The notes beneath the pieces were generated by a model, which did not search any database, was not told the DNA's origin, and was given only the letters and a program-made list of their open reading frames with translations. Shown one piece after another: positions 9,918-18,805 of a stretch of 64,000 bases of DNA. The stretch is from the NCBI GenBank assembly GCA_049512935.1, contig JBEKWR010000011.1:17406-81405 (forward strand), given 5' to 3'. The position numbers were made by a program, and so were the translations under genes. This DNA is from Candidatus Bathyarchaeia archaeon. GTDB lineage: Archaea > Thermoproteota > Bathyarchaeia > Bathyarchaeales > Bathycorpusculaceae. How positions within the stretch are numbered: the stretch's first letter is position 1; every line of letters starts with the position of its first letter.

Positions 9918-10034
9918 CCATTTATACGCCATGCAGATTTAAGACTTGTCATCAATGAAGACTTGCTAAAAACTAATGAGCATATCCTTAACCCTTGAAT
10001 GCACTCGGTAATAGTACTGATCGTTTGATCTACT
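9918..10034 (-). repeat. Array repeat R5 (core 9918-9947, extension ~9985-10034)
   Basis: ccatttatacgccatgcagatttaagactt; tccttaacccttgaatgcactcggtaatagtactgatcgtttgatctact. Confidence 0.88.
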
Positions 10035-10046
10035 ACGGAGACATGG

Positions 10047-10379
10047 TTATTCTAATTTGTGTAACTTAGCCCTTGCTCTTAACAACATTACTGTACATAA
10101 CAACAAAGAAATTATTGCAAATACACCAATAAGAGTCGTTGCGTACAAAAAGATTGCTTTGAGTGCGAGGTTATCTGTAGAAAAGTATTCTTCATAATTT
10201 ACAGTGAATAAAGCTGCAAAAAAAGCAAGACTGCCAAAGAGAAATGTTCCCCATAACTGAATATCAGCTTGAAGTTTAGCAAGGTCAATTTGTAATTTTC
10301 TCTCGATATCTATTTCATCATCTTTTTCTTCATGCTCTATAGAAAACAACCCAAGAATACTGATTTTTATCTTGGACAC
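10047..10379 (-). CDS. Array gene: 2-TM membrane protein
   Basis: Charged N-terminus plus two TMs; GTG start 15 nt from R6. Confidence 0.7.
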   Translation of the reverse strand: MSKIKISILGLFSIEHEEKDDEIDIERKLQIDLAKLQADIQLWGTFLFGSLAFFAALFTVNYEEYFSTDNLALKAIFLYATTLIGVFAIISLLLCTVMLLRARAKLHKLE

Positions 10380-10394
10380 TTGAATCCCTAAGTT

Positions 10395-10424
10395 CTATTT
10401 CTACGCTTCACTGATTTAAGACTT
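10395..10424 (-). repeat. Array repeat R6
   Basis: ctatttctacgcttcactgatttaagactt. Confidence 0.92.
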
Positions 10425-10628
10425 TTTAACTCCAAAAATAACCATGAGACCGCCGATTGCGACTATGACAGCGGCTATGATAATATCCCAAAGATACGAG
10501 CCTATCGCTGAAAGAATGTTAACTGTGGTCACGGTGTGTTCCATGTGCACACCTGAGAAATAGCCAAAAACTAACCCTATCGCAATCAGCACTATTCCAA
10601 TGCCAGCAACTATTGAACCGTGCCCCAT
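10416..10628 (-). CDS. Array gene: 2-TM protein (paralog of 9701-9904)
   Basis: Ends GGLMVIFGVKKS*; stop codon lies inside R6. Confidence 0.7.
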   Translation of the reverse strand: MGHGSIVAGIGIVLIAIGLVFGYFSGVHMEHTVTTVNILSAIGSYLWDIIIAAVIVAIGGLMVIFGVKKS

Positions 10629-10633
10629 GACTG

Positions 10634-10704
10634 CTATTTCTACGCTATTCAGATTTAAAACTTATCTACTCTATAATTGTGAAATCCCTAACCCTTGAAT
10701 GTAC
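10634..10704 (-). repeat. Array repeat R7 (core 10634-10663 plus partial extension)
   Basis: ctatttctacgctattcagatttaaaactt atctactctataattgtgaaatccctaacccttgaatgtac. Confidence 0.92.
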
Positions 10705-10721
10705 CCTTAAAATCTATACTA

Positions 10722-10931
10722 TCAGAGATACAATATAACCCAAAGCACAAATCCAATAACGGCGAAAACTAACATACCACCAAAAAACTTTGGAAGAAAA
10801 CTGTATCTTGAAATGTCTTTGTTCTTATCGAGTAAAATCTTGAATACTTCTCCAAATAAATCATAAAGTACTTGTGCAAACACAGCAAGCAAAACACCAA
10901 ATAGTAGCCAGAAGAACTCCGAATTTATCAT
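10722..10931 (-). CDS. Array gene: small 2-TM membrane protein
   Basis: Two TMs; ATG 6 nt from R8. Confidence 0.7.
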   Translation of the reverse strand: MINSEFFWLLFGVLLAVFAQVLYDLFGEVFKILLDKNKDISRYSFLPKFFGGMLVFAVIGFVLWVILYL

Positions 10932-10937
10932 AATAAT

Positions 10938-10966
10938 CTATCTTTGAGCATGCAGATTTAAGACTT
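10938..10966 (-). repeat. Array repeat R8
   Basis: ctatctttgagcatgcagatttaagactt. Confidence 0.85.
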
Positions 10967-11022
10967 ATCGTGCTTTCAAAACGTCAAAAAATCTTGGGTA
11001 TACGGTTAACTTTAATCTGGGT

Positions 11023-11238
11023 TTACCTACGCAAAATGCGAAGAATAATTAAGCCTGCAACGAAAAGCACGATGCCACCGAACATTATGAATACCATCAT
11101 TAAGTATATTGCTCCTCCAGCCCACTGATGAAAACGTAATGGTATATGCAACAATGGAATAGCCCACGTGAATAGTGTGTAGAACCACCAAACGATGTAT
11201 GCCAATGGCAATAAAACCCACACGTGTTTCTTGTTCAT
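11023..11238 (-). CDS. Array gene: small 2-TM membrane protein (start moved to ATG 11238)
   Basis: MNKKHVWVLL...; the upstream ATG in the ORF track would read through repeat R9. Confidence 0.65.
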   Translation of the reverse strand: MNKKHVWVLLPLAYIVWWFYTLFTWAIPLLHIPLRFHQWAGGAIYLMMVFIMFGGIVLFVAGLIILRILRR

Positions 11239-11255
11239 TTCTATCTCTGATACTT

Positions 11256-11284
11256 CTATTCCACGCTGTGCAGATTTAAGATTT
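11256..11284 (-). repeat. Array repeat R9
   Basis: ctattccacgctgtgcagatttaagattt; shares the leader ctatctctgata with R4. Confidence 0.88.
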
Positions 11285-11363
11285 TTGACCATTATGGCAG
11301 TTGCTTAAAAACAATTGCAAAAAATCAATTTATAGCTGCCGAAATAAAAAACGGGACTATATT

Positions 11364-11957
11364 CTATTCACTCTTTAAGAAAATTAGAAGTTCTTTCAAG
11401 CCTTTTTCTTCAGGTTTTCGTAATTCACCATCTTTCTTAAGCTGTTCGATAGTTTTTTTGAGATAAAGTTCTTTGGCTCTCTTTTTGCGAAAAACTAATG
11501 CGTATACTTCTGCCTCTGGGTAAATTATTTTGTCAGGATATGATAACCTCTCAGAAAGAATAATTGTAGCGAAACGCAAGTTTTTATTTTTTTGTTTGAA
11601 TTTGTCAAATGTGGTTTTTATATCCTCTGATTTCTTCTTACCAACAACGGCACTGTTACTGATTTTCAGAACAGCATCCAATTCTTTAACTGAATACTCT
11701 TTTCTGTTTTGGTCAACATCAGTCTTAATTAGATACAAAAGGTTCATTCCCGTTTTTACATCTTTTATTTTTACTCTAACATTCTGAGGCAATCTAATAT
11801 CTTTAGGAAGACAGTTATGAATGGCAATTTGGGTTGCTTTCCCAGATTTTAGCATTGGAGAACCAGTTTGATTAGGATATTCCTTTGTGACTTCGATAAG
11901 CATCTTATATTCTGTATCTTCATCAGATAATGATTTCAATTCTTCAAATTTAGTCAT
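11364..11957 (-). CDS. Array gene: Lys-rich soluble hypothetical protein (possibly nuclease-like)
   Basis: AT-rich 197-aa ORF, ATG 16 nt from R10; no firm motif. Confidence 0.6.
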   Translation of the reverse strand: MTKFEELKSLSDEDTEYKMLIEVTKEYPNQTGSPMLKSGKATQIAIHNCLPKDIRLPQNVRVKIKDVKTGMNLLYLIKTDVDQNRKEYSVKELDAVLKISNSAVVGKKKSEDIKTTFDKFKQKNKNLRFATIILSERLSYPDKIIYPEAEVYALVFRKKRAKELYLKKTIEQLKKDGELRKPEEKGLKELLIFLKSE

Positions 11958-11973
11958 TTTTTATCCTATAGCC

Positions 11974-12076
11974 CTATTTCTACACTAACCAGATTTAAAA
12001 CTTCTCTACTCTGTAATAGCGAAGTCCCTGACCCTTGAATGTACTCGATAATAGCGTAATCGTTTAATGTAAACTT
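11974..12076 (-). repeat. Array repeat R10 (core 11974-12003 plus long extension)
   Basis: ctatttctacactaaccagatttaaaactt ctctactctgtaatagcgaagtccctgacccttgaatgtactcgataatagcgtaatcgtttaatgt. Confidence 0.92.
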
Positions 12077-12096
12077 CACGTATGCGTAGGAAAAGG

Positions 12097-12738
12097 TCAC
12101 TGATTTAAGTTAGCGGTTTTTCGAAGCTTAACTATCACAGCAGCGGAGAACACGGAAAGAAGCAAGGGCACAATCACCGACCAAGACAGTTCTGAAACTG
12201 CTTGGGTTGAGGCTGGTGTTGATGTAGGTGTTGCAGTAGTAGGTGTTGGCGTTGCGGTTGGAGAATTACTAGTCGTTGTCGAAGCTTGACCGTTCCAGAT
12301 TATATTGTAGGTCTGCAACGTTGCGCTGTCAAGCATGGCGTAATCCATACTGCTTATTGAACTGCCAGAGGGAATTTGAAAGACTAATGCACCACTGAAT
12401 GAACCGCCATTAAGTACATTCACTGTACTCCAATTATTGAGGGCAAAAGTTTCAATGTCATAATAGTAAGCAACATTATTAGCTGTAGCTGAAAAATATA
12501 CTGGGTTAGTATCGAAACTGTCATAGCCATTGTTAGTAATAGTTATGTTAACAATCGCAAAAACGTAGCCTGATTGCGGACTGACATAAGCCAAGCCATT
12601 CCAAATTTGGTTCACCGTGAATGAACTGAAATTAATCGCTATGTTATCATCAGCTTTAACGGATTTTATGTTTGTCATCCAAACGACTGAAGCGAGAAAT
12701 AACATTAAAAGAATGGAGATTAGGATTTTTTTGTTCAT
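12097..12738 (-). CDS. DUF4352-like surface protein with Thr/Pro linker and PEF-CTERM-like anchor
   Basis: Signal peptide, FAIVNITITNNG...F..., TPT-rich linker, VSELS-TM-KLRK. Confidence 0.7.
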   Translation of the reverse strand: MNKKILISILLMLFLASVVWMTNIKSVKADDNIAINFSSFTVNQIWNGLAYVSPQSGYVFAIVNITITNNGYDSFDTNPVYFSATANNVAYYYDIETFALNNWSTVNVLNGGSFSGALVFQIPSGSSISSMDYAMLDSATLQTYNIIWNGQASTTTSNSPTATPTPTTATPTSTPASTQAVSELSWSVIVPLLLSVFSAAVIVKLRKTANLNQ

Positions 12739-12865
12739 TTTCTGCCCCTTGCTGGCTCTATCTGCTGCTTTAGCATATAAGCTTTAACAGGCTTGCCTTT
12801 TTGCCGTCGCTAGGTTGCCAACACAAAAAGCGAAAATAAAAAAGAAAAGAAAAGGGTTTGTTGGT

Positions 12866-13150
12866 TTAGAGGCGTTTGATGTAGCGGTTGACTTCCCAGT
12901 CGGTTACTTGCGTGCGGTACAGGTTCCATTCGCGGCGTTTTTCCCGCAAAAAGTTGTCAAACGCGGTTTCGCCCAAGGTCTCGCGCATCAGGTCGCTGGT
13001 TTCCAACTCGTCTAAGGCTTCCTCAAGCGAGTCTGGCAGGGAAACGATGTTTCGTTCTTTGCGTTCTTCGTAGGTCATCTGGTAAATGTTCAGCTCCACC
13101 GGGTCGCCTGGGTCAATGCGGTTCCTGATGCCGTCCAAACCCGCCGCCAA
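12866..13150 (-). pseudogene. Displaced duplicate of the glnA 3' end (last 94 codons)
   Basis: About 24 mismatches in 285 nt versus 16495-16779 (manual count); no 5' part of the gene. Confidence 0.9.
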
Positions 13151-13833
13151 AGCCTGCTTGCTTACCCATAGATAGCAATGGACCAGAAACCAAAACTAAC
13201 CCGCATAGATTATGTAAAAACCAAAAAGTTAACCCGTACACATAAGGGCAAAAAAGCAGGTTACGGTTAATAGATGGTACACGTGCCTCTTTCATTATCC
13301 TTAGAGAACATTAATTCTTTGTCTGCTAAAAACGCTCTTAACTCTGTAATGTTGCCGTTTGTCCTTATTGTAAGAATAAAAGCGCCACGTTCGTTTTTTC
13401 AATTACATTGACAAACTCTTTTTGTGAATATGATGACTGATTGTGCAAGCGTTAAAAAATAGCATCAAAAACTTCTCTTCCAATGAGGCGCACTCTTTTG
13501 TCAAAATTGCAGGGTTTGCATTTTCCACAATGGAGCATTTAGCAGAATATGATCTCCCTAACAATCGCAATTCAATGTCTTTGTAATCTTCGAAGTGCAT
13601 TGGCTCCATGCAAATCGCGTTCATGGTAATTCGTTCTCTCACACTGCATCGTAGGCTACTTCTTGCGGGTGGTTTCGATTGACAAAAGAATTATTTGCAG
13701 AAGATGTTTAAAAAATAGGTATAAAAGTGCAGACTTTCTATTGTGAGTCTGATTCCAGAAAATACATAAGCTTTTTTACTAATTTAACGTAATAGTCGAA
13801 CAATCTAGATACTATCACAATAGCGATGATAAA

Positions 13834-14679
13834 ATGGAAAAACCCGCTGTCGATACGATTATTTGCGGAGATTGTGAGCAAGTTCTCAGAGAAAACTATC
13901 CCAAAAACTTCTTCAACTTGATTGTCACATCGCCACCATATGCAGACAGAAGAAAGAAAATATATGGTGGCATCCATCCTGACAAATATGTAGATTGGTT
14001 CTTGCCAAAAAGCAAGGAATTTCTGAGAGTCTTAAAAGATGATGGAACATTCATTCTTAATCTTAAAGAGAGAGTTGCAGATGGAGAAAGACACACTTTC
14101 AGATTAGAGCTAATTTTAGAGATGCGAAAGCAAGGTTGGCTGTGGACTGAAGAGTTCATATGGCATAAGAAAAACTGCTACCCTGGTAAATGGCCCAATC
14201 GTTTCAGAGATGCATGGGAACCAATATTGCAGTTCAACAAGAAGAAAAAGTTCAAAATGTTCCAAGAAGAAGTTATGATTCCAGTAGGCGACTGGTCTAA
14301 AAGAAGGCTGAGCAAACTAAGCGAGACTGACTACGTTAGAGACGAATCTAAAACTAGCAGCGGTTTTGGAAAGAAAATTGTCAATTGGGTTGGAAGAGAC
14401 AAAGTTTATCCCACTAATGTTCTGCACATGGCAACTGAATGTGCATATAGAGGACACAGCGCTACATTTCCAATTGAGTTGCCTTCATGGTTCATTAAGT
14501 TGTTCACTGAGAAGCATGATGTTGTGTTAGACCCTTTCATGGGTTCTGGAACAACAGCTCTAGCGTCAAAACAATTGAGCAGACACTATGTTGGAATAGA
14601 CACCTCGGAAGAATATTGTGAGGTTGCTAAAGAGAGAGCTACAGTTGTGAGTCAATCATCATTGGATGTCTTACTATGA
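13834..14679 (+). CDS. Site-specific DNA methyltransferase (N4C/N6A, beta class)
   Basis: Catalytic TSPPY near the N-terminus; SAM-binding DPFMGSGTT near the C-terminus. Confidence 0.92.
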   Translation: MEKPAVDTIICGDCEQVLRENYPKNFFNLIVTSPPYADRRKKIYGGIHPDKYVDWFLPKSKEFLRVLKDDGTFILNLKERVADGERHTFRLELILEMRKQGWLWTEEFIWHKKNCYPGKWPNRFRDAWEPILQFNKKKKFKMFQEEVMIPVGDWSKRRLSKLSETDYVRDESKTSSGFGKKIVNWVGRDKVYPTNVLHMATECAYRGHSATFPIELPSWFIKLFTEKHDVVLDPFMGSGTTALASKQLSRHYVGIDTSEEYCEVAKERATVVSQSSLDVLL

Positions 14680-15437
14680 ACCAAATAGACATGAAGAAGG
14701 TTGTAGAGTTTGTTGATAGCAATATCGTTAACTTTCACAATGCAAAACTAGAATCTATTAAAGTGCTTCAACTTGATGAATTGTTAAAAAGAAAAAATCC
14801 GTACATGTTCAAAGCAAAAAACATTGCCACTGTTGAAGATTACGTGAGAAATCTTCTTGACGCACATCTGTATTCGCAAGAAGAAACAATGTTTGGCACT
14901 TTCTTAGAGAAACTTGCTATCTTCGTATGCAGCGAAGCCTTTGGCGGTCAGAAAACTCCTGCTGAAGGAATAGACTTAGATTTTTGTCGAGATGACAAAC
15001 GATACTTAGTGGCAATTAAGTCTGGCCCTCATTGGGGCAACAGTACACAAATAAAGAAGATGCTAGACTACTTCGCTCAAGCTAAAAGAATACTGAATTT
15101 AGATAACGTCTGTTGCCTCAATGGATGTTGCTATGGAAGATGCAACAAAGAGAACAAGGGCAAGTACATTAAGAAATGCGGGCAGTCTTTTTGGGAATTC
15201 ATCTCTGGAAGTAGCGAATTCTACAAAGAAATAATTGAACCACTTGGACATAAAGCAAAAGAGAGAAACGAAGAATTCAACCAAGAATACGCAAAAGTCA
15301 TAAATAAATTTGGGTTAGAATTTAGCGCTCTCTACTTGAAGGCAGACCACAGCATTGATTGGGAAAAAATTGTAGAATTCAACAGTGCAAGAAAAAAGCA
15401 GAAGAAATTTATTGCTGCAACACAAATAACTCTTTAA
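14676..15437 (+). CDS. Type II restriction endonuclease (PmeII-like)
   Basis: LLKRKNPYMF, GTFLEKLA, GIDL...AIKSGPHWGN; overlaps the MTase stop codon. Confidence 0.8.
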   Translation: MNQIDMKKVVEFVDSNIVNFHNAKLESIKVLQLDELLKRKNPYMFKAKNIATVEDYVRNLLDAHLYSQEETMFGTFLEKLAIFVCSEAFGGQKTPAEGIDLDFCRDDKRYLVAIKSGPHWGNSTQIKKMLDYFAQAKRILNLDNVCCLNGCCYGRCNKENKGKYIKKCGQSFWEFISGSSEFYKEIIEPLGHKAKERNEEFNQEYAKVINKFGLEFSALYLKADHSIDWEKIVEFNSARKKQKKFIAATQITL

Positions 15438-15513
15438 AATAACTTCTACTGATGCATTCTATTTCAATTGCAATTGATGAACTTTTTGCACTCATATCTA
15501 ACATTGGCTTAAG

Positions 15514-16284
15514 CTATGCATTTACTGTGAGAGTAACTTCATGAGTTGTTACTTCGTTGCCGTCTGCTAAAACAGTGATAGTGATAACGTACTTTCCTGG
15601 CAGCACATTGTGCGACGCTAGATTGAAGCTGTAGTCTGTACTTTGCCCTAATGGTCCTAAACCAGTGATTGAACTAAAATTAGGTGTTATAGTCAGTCCT
15701 GAAGTACCTGATGGCGCTGTTGCTGTTGCAGAGAAATCCGAATAAGCGCCATGACCGTTGCTCTTAATTTCAAAGTGCAGAGCTGTATTGTCATTTTGTC
15801 CAATTTGACTTTTTTCTGGAACAACTGGATACCCAAAGGGTTCAGTCCAATGAACATTTGTAATTTCTATTGATGGAAGCACATAGCACGTAGGACTTAT
15901 ATTAGCTGGGGTTGTGGTTCCATTGTAGGTATAGCTAATTGATATTGGGTAATAGCCATTAGCAATATCTGCCACTTGAATAAGGCAGGAAACTTGTTCC
16001 GTGGCGTTAGCTGCGACGTTAATTGAGTTTGAAGTAACTGTGCCAAATGCGTTTGACTCCAGAGTCACAAAAACTCCTTTTGCCTCTCCACCAGTATTCT
16101 GAACACTAACAGCAACTGAATAGTTCAACGTGGCTTCTGCCAAAAATGAGTCTAAACTGACAGATAGTACTGGGGGTTGTGATGGCTCTTTTGGTGGCAA
16201 ACTTAAGTAATACAAAGTACCAGCCAAACCAGCCGCTAAGATTAAACATACAATAGCAATTGCTGCAATGTACTTCGGTTTCAT
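15514..16284 (-). CDS. Membrane-anchored protein with Ig-like (CARDB-like) domains
   Basis: N-terminal TM, VSVQNTGG, beta-rich. Confidence 0.7.
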   Translation of the reverse strand: MKPKYIAAIAIVCLILAAGLAGTLYYLSLPPKEPSQPPVLSVSLDSFLAEATLNYSVAVSVQNTGGEAKGVFVTLESNAFGTVTSNSINVAANATEQVSCLIQVADIANGYYPISISYTYNGTTTPANISPTCYVLPSIEITNVHWTEPFGYPVVPEKSQIGQNDNTALHFEIKSNGHGAYSDFSATATAPSGTSGLTITPNFSSITGLGPLGQSTDYSFNLASHNVLPGKYVITITVLADGNEVTTHEVTLTVNA

Positions 16285-16494
16285 TATCAGTGCCTCAAAT
16301 TACGCACTCTATCGTTTTCAGTATTTAGTTATTGTTAACTTATATGTGTCAAAATCAAACAGTTAATTGAAATTGATCCCATACAGACTTAATGAGTACG
16401 CAAATGTATCAAACTGAACAGAGTTGTAGTATGCAAAAAAGTGAATTGAGACCCTGATTAAGCAAAAGAAAGGGGAAGGGAGGCTTTTCTTGTT

Positions 16495-17862
16495 TTAGAG
16501 TCGTTTGATGTAACGGTTGACTTCCCAGTCAGTTACTTGCGTGCGGTACAGGTCCCATTCCCTGCGTTTTTCCCGCAAAAAGTTGTCAAACGCGGTTTCG
16601 CCCAACGTTTCACGCATCAGGTCGCTGGTTTCCAGCTCGTCTAAGGCTTCCTGTAACGACTCGGGCAGGGATACGATGTTGCGTTCTTTGCGTTCTTCGT
16701 AGGTCATCTGGTAAACGTTCAGCTCCACTGGGTCGCCTGGGTCAATGCGGTTGCGTATGCCGTCTAAACCCGTCGCCAACAGCACCGCAAACTGCAGATA
16801 CGGGTTTCCTGCGCCGTCTGGGTTGCGGATTTCGCATCGGGCAGCGTTCTTGCGTCCGCCGAAGTTGGGTACGCGGATGAGTGGAGAGCGGTTCTTGTGC
16901 GCCCAAGCAAGATACACTGGCGCCTCGTAGCCTGGAACCAGCCGTTTGAAACTGTTCGGCCAAGAGTCAAGGATTGCGCACATTTTGCGTCCGTGAGCCA
17001 GTTGCCCGCCGATGAAGTTCCTTGCGAGGTCGGAGAGGTAACCGCTCTTTTCGTCGTTCGCGTAAAACAGGTTCTGGGTTGCATCCTTGTTCCAGAGGCT
17101 CTGGTGAGTGTGCATTCCTGACCCGTTTATGCCGCTGAAAGGCTTAGGCATGTAAGTGGTGACGTAGCCGTTTCTGGCGGCGACCACTTTCCCGCACATC
17201 TTCATTGTAATTGTTCGGTCAGCCGTCTTGAGCGCTTCGTCGTACTTGAAGTCGATTTCGTTCTGTCCCAAAGCGACCTCGTGATGGGATATTTCTATTT
17301 CGATGCCGAAGGCTTCAGCCGTGTCAGCTATTTCCCGCCTTAAATCATCTGTTAAGTCGCCTGGGTGAAAATCAAAGTAGCCCGCCATGTCAATCGGCGT
17401 CGGCAACCCGCCCTTTTCCTCGCTTTCCTTAACGATGAAAAACTCCAGTTCAGGAGCGCAGAAAAACGTGTAACCAGCCTTAGTCGCCTTGTCGATGGCT
17501 CGCTCCAAAACAAACCTTGGGTCGCCTTCGAACCGCTTGTTCTGCGGAGTGTAAATGTCGCAGAGGAGCCGCGCGGAAGACTTCTCTTTTGGACGCCACG
17601 GCAAAACCGCGAAAGTTGTCGGGTCAGGATAAAGCACCATGTCCGACTCTTCAATGGGCCTGTAACCCGTGATAGACGAGCCGTCGAAGGACTGCCCATT
17701 CTCAAAAATTGATTCAATGTTTTTCGAGTTTACAGCCAAATTCTTAAGCATGCCGTTTATGTCGGTGAATTGTAGCCTGATGAACTTGATTTCTTGCTCT
17801 TGGATTTGCTGGACAACTTTTGTTACGCTTTCTTTCCACGCCGCGTCTTTAAAATTTTTCAT
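16495..17862 (-). CDS. glnA: Glutamine synthetase (type I)
   Basis: FDGSSI, PELEFF, HHEVA, MPKP...NGSGMHTHQSL, KRLVPGYEAP. Confidence 0.93.
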   Translation of the reverse strand: MKNFKDAAWKESVTKVVQQIQEQEIKFIRLQFTDINGMLKNLAVNSKNIESIFENGQSFDGSSITGYRPIEESDMVLYPDPTTFAVLPWRPKEKSSARLLCDIYTPQNKRFEGDPRFVLERAIDKATKAGYTFFCAPELEFFIVKESEEKGGLPTPIDMAGYFDFHPGDLTDDLRREIADTAEAFGIEIEISHHEVALGQNEIDFKYDEALKTADRTITMKMCGKVVAARNGYVTTYMPKPFSGINGSGMHTHQSLWNKDATQNLFYANDEKSGYLSDLARNFIGGQLAHGRKMCAILDSWPNSFKRLVPGYEAPVYLAWAHKNRSPLIRVPNFGGRKNAARCEIRNPDGAGNPYLQFAVLLATGLDGIRNRIDPGDPVELNVYQMTYEERKERNIVSLPESLQEALDELETSDLMRETLGETAFDNFLREKRREWDLYRTQVTDWEVNRYIKRL

Positions 17863-18211
17863 GTTCCCATTTCACCTAGCGTTTAACTGTTTTACCCCGT
17901 TTAAATTAATAAGTGTTTAAGCATAAATATCTTTAACGACCCAAGGCTCTTTATAAGCAAAATACGCAAACGTTCAAAAACCAAACCTTTTTTCGACAAA
18001 CGAACAAACAAAAAAGGCAAACCCGCAGAACCTTCGAAGAAAAACAGGAGCTTTTTAAAGGGTGAAAAAAGTTTCCGCAGGCAACGCATCCTCCACAGAC
18101 AGGTTTTCCAAGGGTTTCATGCGTAAACGTTCGGTCTAAAACCTCTTTTCTATAGATACCCTGCTCTTTGAAAAAAATCTTTTAAGCAAGGTCAAAACAA
18201 ATACAAAATAG

Positions 18212-18448
18212 TTGAGAAAAATGAGACGGGTAAGATTAGCAGGTTTATTTCTTTTATATTTCGCTATAGCTATCCTAATTGAGGCTCTAATTTATATTAT
18301 AGCAATAAATTCGCAAGCCAATAGAACTATTAATGATTTAGATTTAATCGGTTTTGCCATAGGCATATCAGGTGCTGCGTTATATCGAATACCGAAAGAG
18401 CCTAAAGCAAAACAGAACCCTGCTCAGAATGCCCCTCTACCCCCTTGA
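18212..18448 (+). CDS. Small membrane hypothetical protein
   Basis: Two hydrophobic segments; AT-rich. Confidence 0.5.
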   Translation: MRKMRRVRLAGLFLLYFAIAILIEALIYIIAINSQANRTINDLDLIGFAIGISGAALYRIPKEPKAKQNPAQNAPLPP

Positions 18449-18589
18449 GAACTTGGGTAATAAAAAATCGGTGAAAAAAATTTGGGTAAAGCCAAAAAGT
18501 TTAGGAAAGACTTCACGCCCGAGCAATATGCTGCTTATTTAGAAAGATGGGCGAAGAATCCAGATAGTAGACCAAACCCGTGAATAGAC

Positions 18590-18805
18590 TTATTCGAATT
18601 CGGAGCGTGGCTTTTCCGTTTGTTTGATAATGTATTGGATCACAAAGACTGTGACTTCTTTGTGATGGGGCACCCATGTTGTTAAAATACGCTGACCCGC
18701 CTTTTTCTTGAATGTAATGTGCTTACTGAACCTCACTTCTTGAAATCCATTAGACCTTAGAATCTCAATTACTTTTCGCTAAGGCAACGGTCGGAGCTTT
18801 GCCAT
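18590..18805 (-). pseudogene. HicA-family toxin with in-frame TAG at codon 9
   Basis: MAKLRPLP*RKVIEILRSNGFQEVRFSKHITF...VPHHKEV...IIKQT; downstream of HicB. Confidence 0.8.

Larger units (their letters stand above)
13151..16494. mobile_element. AT-rich island (type II R-M plus surface protein) between direct repeats of the glnA 3' end
   Basis: Flanking 285-bp direct repeats; composition shift; no integrase inside. Confidence 0.7.

Noticed and set aside
8154-12003. CRISPR array interpretation of the ~30-bp repeats
   Set aside because: The intervening segments are about 200-770 bp, variable in length, and each holds a full ORF. The repeats are degenerate, and there are no cas genes in the window.
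8154-12003. Classical integron attC sites
   Set aside because: No RYYYAAC...GTTRRRY ends or long bottom-strand hairpin, and no adjacent intI.
12748-12785. Further array element upstream of 12097-12738
   Set aside because: ctatctgctgctttagcatataagcttt is only loosely similar and is consistent with an ordinary TATA promoter.
12866-13150. Functional 94-aa gene
   Set aside because: It is only the C-terminal part of glutamine synthetase, starting at an internal TTG.
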